11,687 nucleotides of DNA. Source: Pseudomonadales bacterium (lineage in GTDB: Bacteria > Pseudomonadota > Gammaproteobacteria > Pseudomonadales > JAUIET01). The translations under genes and the position numbers were made by a program. The stretch lies in assembly GCA_037969395.1 (NCBI GenBank), contig JBBKXJ010000094.1, positions 1-11,687 on the forward strand, given 5' to 3'. The notes below the pieces were generated by a model, which searched no databases, had not been told where the DNA came from, and was given only the letters and a program-made list of their open reading frames with translations. Positions 1-7,900 of the stretch are shown in pieces. How positions within the stretch are numbered: position 1 is the first letter of the stretch; every line of letters starts with the position of its first letter.

Positions 1-363
1 TTTGAAATTGTCTTTGACGACTGAGGCACCGTAGTCGACCATGTTGCGGCCGTCGGGTAACTCTTTGCCGTCATACAAACGGGTTAGCACGGCGATATGG
101 CCGGCCTTGACCAGGTACAGAATATACTCCCGGGCCCAGTACAAAAATCCTGACGCCCCGACGAAACCGATAAGGGCACCGTAAACACTACCAACACCTT
201 CGCCATCACCGAAGGAAGTAAAGCCATAGCCAATTGCGCCACCCCCGCCGGTGGCAACGATGTAAAGCAGGGCGATGCCAAAATACACCAACATGCGTAC
301 CACAATGTAGGGCAGGGTGCGCCGCATGGCACCGAGAGCGTTGGTAATGCTGAAATCCCACAT
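1..363 (-). CDS. Partial (C-terminus off the left edge) small membrane protein with glycine-zipper-like segments; family not identified
   Basis: Reverse-strand ATG at 363-361 is preceded by AAGGGAA (revcomp of 366-372). The frame stays open to position 1 and reads MWDFSITNALGAMRRTLPYIVVRMLVYFGIALLYIVATGGGGAIGYGFTSFGDGEGVGSVYGALIGFVGASGFLYWAREYILYLVKAGHIAVLTRLYDGKELPDGRNMVDYGASVVKDNFK... Hydrophobic and Gly-rich stretches (GxxxG-like) indicate transmembrane helices. The track ORFs 84..332 and 206..430 are alternate frames of this same locus. Confidence 0.55.
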   Translation of the reverse strand, partial: MWDFSITNALGAMRRTLPYIVVRMLVYFGIALLYIVATGGGGAIGYGFTSFGDGEGVGSVYGALIGFVGASGFLYWAREYILYLVKAGHIAVLTRLYDGKELPDGRNMVDYGASVVKDNFK

Positions 364-641
364 AATAATTCCCTTGTGGTCGGAGTGACGTTAAACCTTC
401 ATGGGTAAAGGAGGGTCGTTGTGATTGCAAAGAATTGTGGATGAAAATGCGCAGCAGGTAAATTCCACTGAAGTGCTAGTACTTTCGTGTTATCAGCCTA
501 TTTCTGCCGGGGCTTCGCACGCCTCTGGTTTAAGCGGGGCTGGTGCAAGGCGATACTCCAGATTGGCAGCCATGGCTTGGGTTTTTTCTGCACTGCCTGA
601 ACAATTAAGCGCGCTGTAGAGATAACGCTGTTTTTTTGCAC

Positions 642-710
642 TCTTCTCGCCATCTATAGTTTTAAAAAGCCCATTCGCACGTCTTCTCAGCATCTATAGT
701 TTTAGAAAGC
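642..710. repeat. Two copies of a 29-bp imperfect direct repeat (26/29 identical, 40-bp period) upstream of the cluster
   Basis: 642-670 is tcttctcgccatctatagttttaaaaagc and 682-710 is tcttctcagcatctatagttttagaaagc. Each copy contains the small palindrome CTATAG. The repeat sits about 80-150 bp upstream of the first cluster gene. Confidence 0.45.
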
Positions 711-738
711 TCAATCACACATCAATCAGTCACGATTA

Positions 739-776
739 TATTACATGTAATAAATGTTTACATATTACATGTAATA
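739..776. promoter_or_regulatory. Twin identical 14-bp perfect palindromes (TATTACATGTAATA x2, centres 24 bp apart); candidate operator/promoter of the cluster
   Basis: 739-752 and 763-776 are both TATTACATGTAATA, and each is perfectly self-complementary. The spacer is aatgtttaca. The first copy overlaps a possible -10 (TATATT 737-742), with a weak -35-like ATCACA at 714-719. The second copy ends 16 bp before the ATG at 792. Confidence 0.45.
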
Positions 777-791
777 AGATATATTTTTACC

Positions 792-1415
792 ATGAATAAA
801 AAATCATCCGCATATTACCAGCGCGAATTCCGTAAACGACTACGCGAACAAGGGCTTGTGAAGAAGGAAGTGTGGATCCATCCCGACCACGCCAAACAGC
901 TACATGCGCTCGAAAAGCAGCTGCGCACTCGGTCGGGGCCCAAAGGCACAGATGGAGGTAATACCATGAATGACAAAATCAAAACCTGGAACACCGTGGA
1001 TTTGCACCAAGCTCTGCAGGGCTCAGAACTGTTCACTTCCGGCAGCGCAACAACAGAGCTTATCGATGGTGTAGAACCCAGCATCCACATCGTGATGCGC
1101 GAATTTGGTGATCTCCCCATTTTTCTCACCGTGGTCGGTGAGCAAATCGTCGCCGAATCGGTGCTGTGGTCGATTAACGAGGTAAAGGATGTTGCGGCAT
1201 TTAACGACACGGTATTGCGCACCCACAAATATTTCCCGCTGTCGACCATTAGCCTGGATAACGTCGGCGGCATCGACTACTACCATATGTTCGGCGCGCT
1301 CAGTGCGTCATCCATTCTGGAAAATATTGTTTTTGAAATAGAGGTGCTGGCGGCAAACGTGATTCACGCGACAGAAGCATACAGCGAATTTTTGACAATC
1401 CCCGTGGAATCCTGA
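792..1415 (+). CDS. yjfI: DUF2170 / YjfI-family protein with an extra basic 58-aa N-terminal segment (alternative internal start at 966 with a strong SD)
   Basis: The ORF is 207 aa. Residues 59-207 (MNDKIKTWNTVDL...LPIFLTVVGEQIV...FPLSTISLDNVGGIDYYHMFGALSASSILENI...) match my recollection of the E. coli YjfI / DUF2170 family (LPI..T, PLST.SL and GAL motifs). GGAGGT at 954-959 lies 7 nt before ATG 966. No SD is visible before ATG 792. The stop TGA at 1413-1415 overlaps the SD of the next gene. Confidence 0.75.
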   Translation: MNKKSSAYYQREFRKRLREQGLVKKEVWIHPDHAKQLHALEKQLRTRSGPKGTDGGNTMNDKIKTWNTVDLHQALQGSELFTSGSATTELIDGVEPSIHIVMREFGDLPIFLTVVGEQIVAESVLWSINEVKDVAAFNDTVLRTHKYFPLSTISLDNVGGIDYYHMFGALSASSILENIVFEIEVLAANVIHATEAYSEFLTIPVES

Positions 1416-1425
1416 GGAGTACAAC

Positions 1426-2127
1426 ATGAATATTTGGGCGAAAATGATCACTGCATTACGCGGTGGAGTTAACGAAGCCGGCGAAGCGATCATAGACACG
1501 CAAGCCTTGCGTATTCTGGATCAGGAGGTGCGCGATGCGGCCGAAGAGCTGAAGGCATCGAAAGACAGCCTGGCGACAATCATCGCCAGACAAAAGCTGG
1601 GCGAAGAGAAAGTGGTCAATCTCAAAGCCGAAATCGATGCGCACGAAGGCTATGCCGTAAAGGCGTTGGAAAAGAAAAACGAGGCACTGGCGCTGGAAGT
1701 GGCGGGCAAAATCGCCAACTTCGAAGCAGCGTTGCATACCGAGGAGTCCGCCACCCAGGGCTATAAGGCAAGCGCAGACAAGTTGAAGGCCGCAATCAAA
1801 CAGGCTGAGTCAAATATTCGCCGCCTGAAGCAACAGGTCGACACGGTCAAAGCCACTGAAAGCGTGCAGCGCGCGCAAGCCGCAGTGTCGGCACGCCACA
1901 GTGGCTCCAATTCAAAAATGCGAACCGCGATGGATTCGCTGGAGCGTATCAAGGAAAAGCAGGCGCTAAGCGCAGCGAAAATGAATGCCGCGGCGGAGCT
2001 TAGCGATGAGCTTGCCGAATCGTCATTGCAAACTAAACTCGAAGAGGCCGGTATCGTTGCCTCGGGCAGAAGTGCTGATGAGATTTTGGCCAAACTAAAA
2101 CAAAAGACGCAGCCGCCTGCAGAGTAG
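1426..2127 (+). CDS. yjfJ: PspA/IM30 (phage-shock protein A / Vipp1 / ESCRT-III-like) family protein, YjfJ-type paralogue
   Basis: The 233-aa protein is helical and coiled-coil throughout. The N-terminus MNIWAKMITALRGGVNEAGEAIIDTQALRILDQEVRDAAEELKASK... is typical of PspA/IM30. The block VDTVKATESVQRAQAAV resembles the YjfJ block VVKATEAMQRAQQAV as I recall it. SD GAGGAG at 1414-1419 sits 6 nt upstream of the ATG. The gene is translationally coupled to the yjfI-like gene. Confidence 0.88.
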   Translation: MNIWAKMITALRGGVNEAGEAIIDTQALRILDQEVRDAAEELKASKDSLATIIARQKLGEEKVVNLKAEIDAHEGYAVKALEKKNEALALEVAGKIANFEAALHTEESATQGYKASADKLKAAIKQAESNIRRLKQQVDTVKATESVQRAQAAVSARHSGSNSKMRTAMDSLERIKEKQALSAAKMNAAAELSDELAESSLQTKLEEAGIVASGRSADEILAKLKQKTQPPAE

Positions 2128-2203
2128 ATGCGGCAGCTTGCCTCAGCGGTTCGAATTAACCCACTCAGCGCAGGCTAAATAAAACAACAAAAGGAGGCCA
2201 GTG

Positions 2204-2905
2204 ATGTTTGCAATTCTTCTAACTGAAGGCATGGATCCTTTCTACCAGAACATCGCGTCTTTCCCAACCGCTGTTTTTACGTTGTTGCTGGCGGTGTGCG
2301 TGCTGTATTGGCTATCCGCGGTGCTGGGTCTGGTCAGTGTTGACGTGCTCGATTTTGACATACCCGAATCGGTTGGCGCGGAAGACCTGAATGCTGATAG
2401 TGGCGCGTCGGGTCCCGATGTACTGGCGGGATTAATGCTGAAATTCGGTTTGTACGGTGTGCCGGTGACCATCATCGTTTCCATTTTGTCGTTGGTCGGC
2501 TGGCTGCTCTGCTACTACCTGGTGCACTTCAGTCTTGGCTACGCTCCCGAGTGGCTGGCTGCAAGCTGGGCGCGCTATGTTATTGGCTTGCCGCTGCTGG
2601 TGGGAAGTTTATACGTTGCAGTGCTGATCACAGCGCAACTCATCAAACCCCTGCGCCCGTTGTTTCTCAAGTCAAGCCAGGAAACCGTGAAGTATGTGCT
2701 GGGGCAGACAGCCATCGTGCGCACCTCAAGGGTGGATAACGACTTCGGTGAGGCGACGCTGGATGACGGCGGTGCCGGCTTGATACTAAAAATCCGCACT
2801 GCGGGCGATGTGCGATTCGTTAAAGGCGACCGCGTTGTCGCGATAGAAAAAATTGCGGGCACGGATTATTACCGCGTGGTCTCCGAACAAGAGTTTGCCA
2901 GCTAG
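2204..2905 (+). CDS. yqiJ: YqiJ/DUF1449-type NfeD-like inner-membrane protein (N-terminal TM helices plus C-terminal OB-fold beta-barrel)
   Basis: The protein has hydrophobic TM segments (FPTAVFTLLLAVCVLYWLSAVLGLV; VPVTIIVSILSLVGWLLCYYLV; VIGLPLLVGSLYVAVLITAQLI). Its C-terminus (GQTAIVRTSRVDNDFGEATLDDGGAGLILKIRTAGDVRFVKGDRVVAIEKIAGTDYYRVV) is typical of the NfeD/YqiJ OB-fold. AAGGAGG at 2191-2197 lies 6 nt before ATG 2204. The GTG at 2201 offered by the track is too close to the SD. The gene is immediately upstream of a flotillin, as in E. coli yqiJK. Confidence 0.8.
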   Translation: MFAILLTEGMDPFYQNIASFPTAVFTLLLAVCVLYWLSAVLGLVSVDVLDFDIPESVGAEDLNADSGASGPDVLAGLMLKFGLYGVPVTIIVSILSLVGWLLCYYLVHFSLGYAPEWLAASWARYVIGLPLLVGSLYVAVLITAQLIKPLRPLFLKSSQETVKYVLGQTAIVRTSRVDNDFGEATLDDGGAGLILKIRTAGDVRFVKGDRVVAIEKIAGTDYYRVVSEQEFAS

Positions 2906-2972
2906 AGAACAGCAATCCGCACCAATACGACACTTATACCAATAGATATTACAAAAGGAAAAGGAGAGAGAA

Positions 2973-4853
2973 ATGGCTGATTTAACGGTATTAATGCCCA
3001 TTGTCACCGGGGTCGCAATATTCTTTGTGATTCTGCTAGGCCTGGCTGGCTTGTTCAAAGCCTTTTACTACAAGGTTGAACAAGGCACTGCGCTAATCGT
3101 CAACGATATGAGCGCCACGCCGAAAGTACACTTCACCGGCGCGCTGGTATACCCGATTATCTACAAAAAAGAGCTGATGAAAATTTCGCTTATCACGCTT
3201 GAGGTAGACCGGCGGGGAAAAGACGGGTTGATCTGCCTCGACAATATGCGCGCCGATATTACCGTGGCATTCTACTTGCGAGTCAACGAAACACCGGAGG
3301 ATGTGTTGAAAGTCGCCAAGTCCATTGGTGCCACAAGGGCCTCCGACAAGGAAGCCGTGCATGACCTGTTTGCCGCCAAGTTTTCCGAGGCGCTAAAAAC
3401 GGTGGGCAAGCTTATTGAATTCGTGCAGTTGTTCGAAAATCGTCAGCAATTCCGCGAGAAGATAATTCAAGTGATTGGTGAAGACCTTAACGGCTATGTG
3501 CTGGAAGATGTCGCCATAGATTACCTGGAGCAAACGCCTAAAGCCGCGCTCGATTCCAGCAATATTCTCGATGCTGAAGGTATCAAGAAAATTACCGAAT
3601 TGACCGCCGAACAGAACGTGCGCACCAATATTCTGGAGCGTGACGAACAGCTGGCGATCAAAAAGAAAGACGTAGAAACCGTGGAAGCCATGCTGGAATT
3701 GGAGCGCCAACAAGCGGACGCCGAAGCACGGCAAGAGCGGGAAGTGCTCACCATTCGGGCACGCGAGGAAGCAGAAACCAAGAAAGTTCAGGAAGAGGAA
3801 CGCTTGAAAGCGGATGCGGCAACCATTCGTGTTGACCAGGACCTTATGGTGCAGACCGAAAATCAGCAGCGCGAGATCGAAGTAGCAGGGCAGAACCGTG
3901 AGCGCGCAGTCGCCGTTGAGCAGGAGAAAGTCACGCGGGCGCGCGACCTGGAAATTGTGTCACGCGAACGCGAAGTGCAGGTGGAGCGTGTGCTCGCCGA
4001 GAAAGCCGTTGAGGTTGAGAAGAAAGAAATCGCCAATGTGATTCGCGAGCGTGTGGCGGTAGACAAAACCGTTGCTATCGAAGAAGAGCGCATCAACGAA
4101 GTGCGCGAAGTGTCGGATGCGGACCGCAAGAAACAAGTACAGGTGTTGGCCGCAGAAGCCAATGCGGAAGAGCTGAAAGTCAAGGAGGTGACTGCAGCGG
4201 CAGCAGAAGAAGCGGCGGCGAAGCACAAAGCCACCGAAATCACCACGCTTGCCGAAGCTAATCTGGAAGCGGCGGATAAGGATGCCAAGGCGCAGATCAG
4301 GCTGGCCGACGCCATGCAGGCAGAGAAAGCCGCACCTGGATTAGCCGACGCCCAGATTCAACTCGCCAAAGCCGATTCCTTGCAGAAGGAAGGCTTGGCT
4401 GAAGCGCATATCATTACTGCCAAAGGTGAGGCTGAGGGTAGCGCCGCGAAACAAATCGGCATGGCCGGTGCTGAAGTGACGCGCGAGCAGTTCAAGGCTG
4501 AAGCCGACGGCTTGGTCGACAAATTCGAAGCAATGAATTCAATGAGCAGTCAAGCGCGCGAACACGAAGAATTCCGAATGACGCTGGAGACTGCCTTCAA
4601 GGAAGCGATTGCCACCATCGAAGCCGGTAAGGAAATCGCCAAGGAAAATGCGGAAGTGCTCGCCACCGCGCTCGAGAAAGCCAAGATCGATATCGTTGGC
4701 GGCGAAGACCACTTCTTCGACAACTTCGCCAAATCCTTGTCTATCGGCAAGGCGGTCGATGGTCTGGCCAACAAGAGTGAAACCATCAGCAGACTGCTGG
4801 ATAAAGTGATGACCAAAGACGCGGGCGAGGATAAGGCTGCAAATCAGCCCTAA
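2973..4853 (+). CDS. yqiK: Flotillin-family SPFH/band-7 protein (YqiK-like): N-terminal TM anchor, SPFH domain, long Glu/Ala-rich coiled coil
   Basis: The 626-aa protein has an N-terminal TM helix (LMPIVTGVAIFFVILLGLAGLF). The SPFH region (GTALIVNDMSATPKVHFTGALVYPIIYKKELMKISLITLEVD...ICLDNMRADITVAFYLRVNE...) is followed by an EA-repeat-like coiled coil (ERQQADAEARQEREVL..., AAEANAEELKVKEVTAAAAEEAAAKHKATEI...). SD AAGGAG at 2961-2966 sits 6 nt before the ATG. Confidence 0.9.
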   Translation: MADLTVLMPIVTGVAIFFVILLGLAGLFKAFYYKVEQGTALIVNDMSATPKVHFTGALVYPIIYKKELMKISLITLEVDRRGKDGLICLDNMRADITVAFYLRVNETPEDVLKVAKSIGATRASDKEAVHDLFAAKFSEALKTVGKLIEFVQLFENRQQFREKIIQVIGEDLNGYVLEDVAIDYLEQTPKAALDSSNILDAEGIKKITELTAEQNVRTNILERDEQLAIKKKDVETVEAMLELERQQADAEARQEREVLTIRAREEAETKKVQEEERLKADAATIRVDQDLMVQTENQQREIEVAGQNRERAVAVEQEKVTRARDLEIVSREREVQVERVLAEKAVEVEKKEIANVIRERVAVDKTVAIEEERINEVREVSDADRKKQVQVLAAEANAEELKVKEVTAAAAEEAAAKHKATEITTLAEANLEAADKDAKAQIRLADAMQAEKAAPGLADAQIQLAKADSLQKEGLAEAHIITAKGEAEGSAAKQIGMAGAEVTREQFKAEADGLVDKFEAMNSMSSQAREHEEFRMTLETAFKEAIATIEAGKEIAKENAEVLATALEKAKIDIVGGEDHFFDNFAKSLSIGKAVDGLANKSETISRLLDKVMTKDAGEDKAANQP

Positions 4854-4867
4854 AACAGCGCGCTCAA

Positions 4868-4901
4868 CGCTGGCAGGCGGTTGATCCTGTCAGCGCTTTT
4901 T
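4868..4901 (+). terminator. Candidate intrinsic terminator/attenuator between the flotillin gene and the giant ATPase gene
   Basis: CGCTGGCAGG (4868-4877) pairs with CCTGTCAGCG (4886-4895) as a 10-bp GC-rich stem with one G-U wobble in RNA and an 8-nt loop. It is followed by C then TTTTT (4897-4901). It lies 15 nt after the flotillin stop and 26 nt before ATG 4927. The U-run is short (5), so termination is probably partial. Confidence 0.5.
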
Positions 4902-4926
4902 GTCATCTGGTTTATGGGAGATTGCA

Positions 4927-7900
4927 ATGGCTGAACAGCCTGGCAAAGACGCGCTTGTTGAAGCGGCCGTCGCGGAGGGTGGCGCGTACGACGTCATTAG
5001 AAAGCGCCTTGAAGAGCACGGTCGCCAGCTCGAGGAAAAGACACAACAAGTGAATGCAGCGCGTATTGCCGAAATTGGCAGTACCGATATGCAAACCGTT
5101 GCGCGTGTGAGAGTCAGAACGGAACACAACAGCGTGGCGCGCGATATCGTTCAGGTGGGCGATTATCTGCTGTTCGGTTACAACGTATTTATTGGTTTAA
5201 AAAAAGAAGTCAAAGTGGAAGATGTTTTTTCACTGTTTGCGTTAACCGAGAGCAACGGTGAATATACTATCGAAGCTGCGCCCGCCGAAGTAGATTTTTT
5301 GCAACAGCAGCGCTTCAGTTCGGATTTTCGCGAGCTGTATCAATACTACAAGCATACCCGCTTGATCCAGCTGACGGTTAATAACGGCAAGTTATTGGCC
5401 GGTTTTCAGATTGGCGAAAAACTGGAAGATATTCGTGTGTTTCGCTGGTCGGTATCTCCTGACGGTAAACAGGTTGAATATATTGATAACCGCGGCGAAC
5501 GCGACATTCAATTGCCGCCTGCCTTTGACTTCGAATGGCAAGCGGCAGGCAGGGAAGACTTTGTCAATGGGCGTCACCCGCATATCAATATTTTGGACCG
5601 TCTGTTTGTTGATACGCTGGGTGGCACTTTATCCATAAAAGTCGAGGATAACACCGAGTCCGGCCAGGGCATTTATAGTGAGCCGGTGGAAGAGCAAAAC
5701 CAGTCGCTGGATGATGTTGACGTGCAGTATGCGCTGGTTGGCGACCTTGTTCTGTTGCGCGTATTGCCGTATCGCGAGCAGCAGTGGCGGCATTTTGTGT
5801 TCAATACCAATAGTGAGCAGATTAATCGCATCGACGCGATTGGTGAATCGTGCGTTCAGCTGCCGGAAGATCACGGCATCATATTTCCTGGCGGCTATTA
5901 CTTACAAAATGGCGAATACAAGTCCTTCGATGAAGACATAGTCGGGCTGAAGTTCAAGCGCATGCTTAAATCGCCTAACGGCGAGGATGTGCTGTATATT
6001 TTTTATGAACCGGCAGATGGCGTGGTCGCGCTGCTGCCGTATAACCTGATTAATCGGAGCCTGCAAAACCCTATTATCAGTCATGGTTACGCGCTGGCGG
6101 AAGACGGCAGGCTGGTGGTATTCACCTCGGAAGAAGAGCCAACCCGGGTACATCCGATGCAGGTATGGCAAACGCCGTATACCTCGCAAGACTTTGCCGA
6201 TCGCATGCCGGTACAGCAAACTTTCTTCGGCCGCATCGGCAATTCGGCCATGGTGCGCGGTGTCTCCGATCTGTTTAGTATCGCTCGCCAGATACGCGAG
6301 CAAAATGTCTCCGTCGCACACTATGAGAAACTGGGTAAAGCGGTGGCGCGCGCCTTCGACGCCTACTACTGGTTAGACAGCCCGGAGCTTGATGATATCG
6401 ACGCAACGCTTAAAGAGGTTGCGCAAACATCAGAACTGGTCATCGACGAGTTTGAAAAAGTCGATGCGATTCGGCGTCAGTCCGCCACGGCGATGGCCGA
6501 GGCAGAGCAGGCACAACAAGCGATTATTACCGGTATAGGCACGGCCACCTGGGAAAAAGTTGCGGATTTCGTCGAGTCTCTTGATCGCGTTCGCCACCAG
6601 CGTGGCCATCTGGCAACCATCAGCGAGTACCGCTATATCGATACCAACCGTATCGCGGAGCTGGACGCGGAGCTGGTTGCAAGCGCGGATGAGCTGGGTA
6701 CAAAAACCGTCGAATTCCTGGCCGACGAGCAATCGCTGGCGCCTTATTTGCAGCAGATCGCCGAGCTGGACCAGCAAATCGAGGCGGCAAACTCGGTTGC
6801 ATTGTTAAAGCCGTTGATTGAAACCATGGATGCGATTGCCCGCGGCCTGGATTTACTGTCGGAGTTAATGGCGACGCTTAAAGTCGATGACGCCACGGTA
6901 AGAACCCGTATCATTGACGCCATCTCTGCGGTTTACGCCAAGCTGAATCAAACCCGGGCCAGTGCGAAACATCGGCAGGCAAATCTTGGCTCGGCCGAAG
7001 CGGTTGCGCAATTCTCCGCCCAGTTCAAACTGTTTTCACAAAGTATTAACAACGCGCTCGGCTTGGCCACTGATCCGGACCGCTGCGAGGAGCAGCTGTC
7101 GCGACTGTTGGTGCAGCTGGAAGAACTCGAAAGCCAGTTTGGCGAGCACGAACAATTCCTCGCCGATATCATTGAGAAGCGTGAGGAAATCTATGACACC
7201 TTCGAGTCGCACAAACAAACGCTGATTGAGCAGCAACAGCGCAAGGTGCAAGTGCTGGTCGATGCAGCCCAGCGGATGTTAGGCAGCATTGAAAAGCGCA
7301 GCAATAAATTTACCGCAGCGGATGATCTGAATACCTATTTCGCCGCTGATGCGTTGGTGCTGAAGATCAAGGAGCTAACCCAGCAACTCGGGCAACTCGG
7401 CGGCAATGTGCAGGCCGATGATATTGGCTCGCGCTTCAAAATGATCAAGGACCAGGCCTTGCGCTCGCTGCGCGACAAAAGCGATATCTTTATCGAGGGC
7501 GGCAAGGTCATCAAGCTCGGTCCCAGGCATCGCTTCAGTGTCAACACCGATGAACTCGATCTATCCATCGTGCCGTATCAGGAGGGGCTGGCCGTGCATT
7601 TGGCCGGCACGCAATACTTCGAAGCCATTAACCATCCAGACCTGCTGGCGCTAAAAGACTACTGGAACCTGTCGCTGGAGTCGGAGAGCGACGTCGTCTA
7701 CCGCGCCGAATACCTGGCCTTTCAATTTATTCAAGCGCTGCGTGCCAACGATGCCGGTGTGGATCAGGCAGACGTTGAAAACGCCCTGCAGTCCGAGCAG
7801 CAAATGTATGACCTGGTTCGCGCCTTCGCTACCCCCCGCTACAAAGAGGGTTACGAAAAAGGTATTCACGACTACGACGCAGCCAAATTACTGATGGCGT

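Noticed and set aside
84-430. Track ORFs 84..332(-) and 206..430(-)
   Set aside because: They are alternate frames overlapping the better-supported minus-strand frame that starts at ATG 363 with an upstream AAGGGAA and runs to the window edge.
560-590. Sigma54 (-24/-12) promoter such as TGGCAG-N5-GCTTG at 564-579, expected by analogy with PspF-dependent psp operons
   Set aside because: The GG-to-GC spacing is 10, not the required 12. Another TGGCAG at 4871-4876 also fails the spacing. No convincing sigma54 site was found by eye.
3863-4315. 150-aa Ser/Ala/Thr-rich minus-strand ORF (and 3521..3781 and 3960..4226 on the minus strand)
   Set aside because: These are antisense to the Glu/Ala/Lys-rich coiled-coil region of the flotillin gene. 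A GAA/GCC-rich sense strand automatically yields open Ser/Ala-rich antisense frames. There is no SD and no independent support.
3700-4500. Apparent low-complexity E/A/K/Q repetition in the flotillin gene as a possible tandem DNA repeat
   Set aside because: No exact nucleotide periodicity was found. This is the normal heptad-biased coiled-coil/EA-rich region of flotillin-family proteins.
4900-4926. TTG 4900 as start of the giant ORF (track call), and GTG 2201 as start of the YqiJ-like ORF
   Set aside because: ATG 4927 has a properly spaced GGGAG, and the TTG would lie inside the terminator hairpin or U-run. GTG 2201 is only 3 nt from the AAGGAGG SD, whereas ATG 2204 is at 6 nt.
5199-5205. A7 run inside the giant gene (GGT TTA AAA AAA GAA) as a possible programmed slippage site
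   Set aside because: It is only 7 As and is translated in frame as Leu-Lys-Lys, with continuous downstream motifs in the same frame. There is no evidence for frameshifting.
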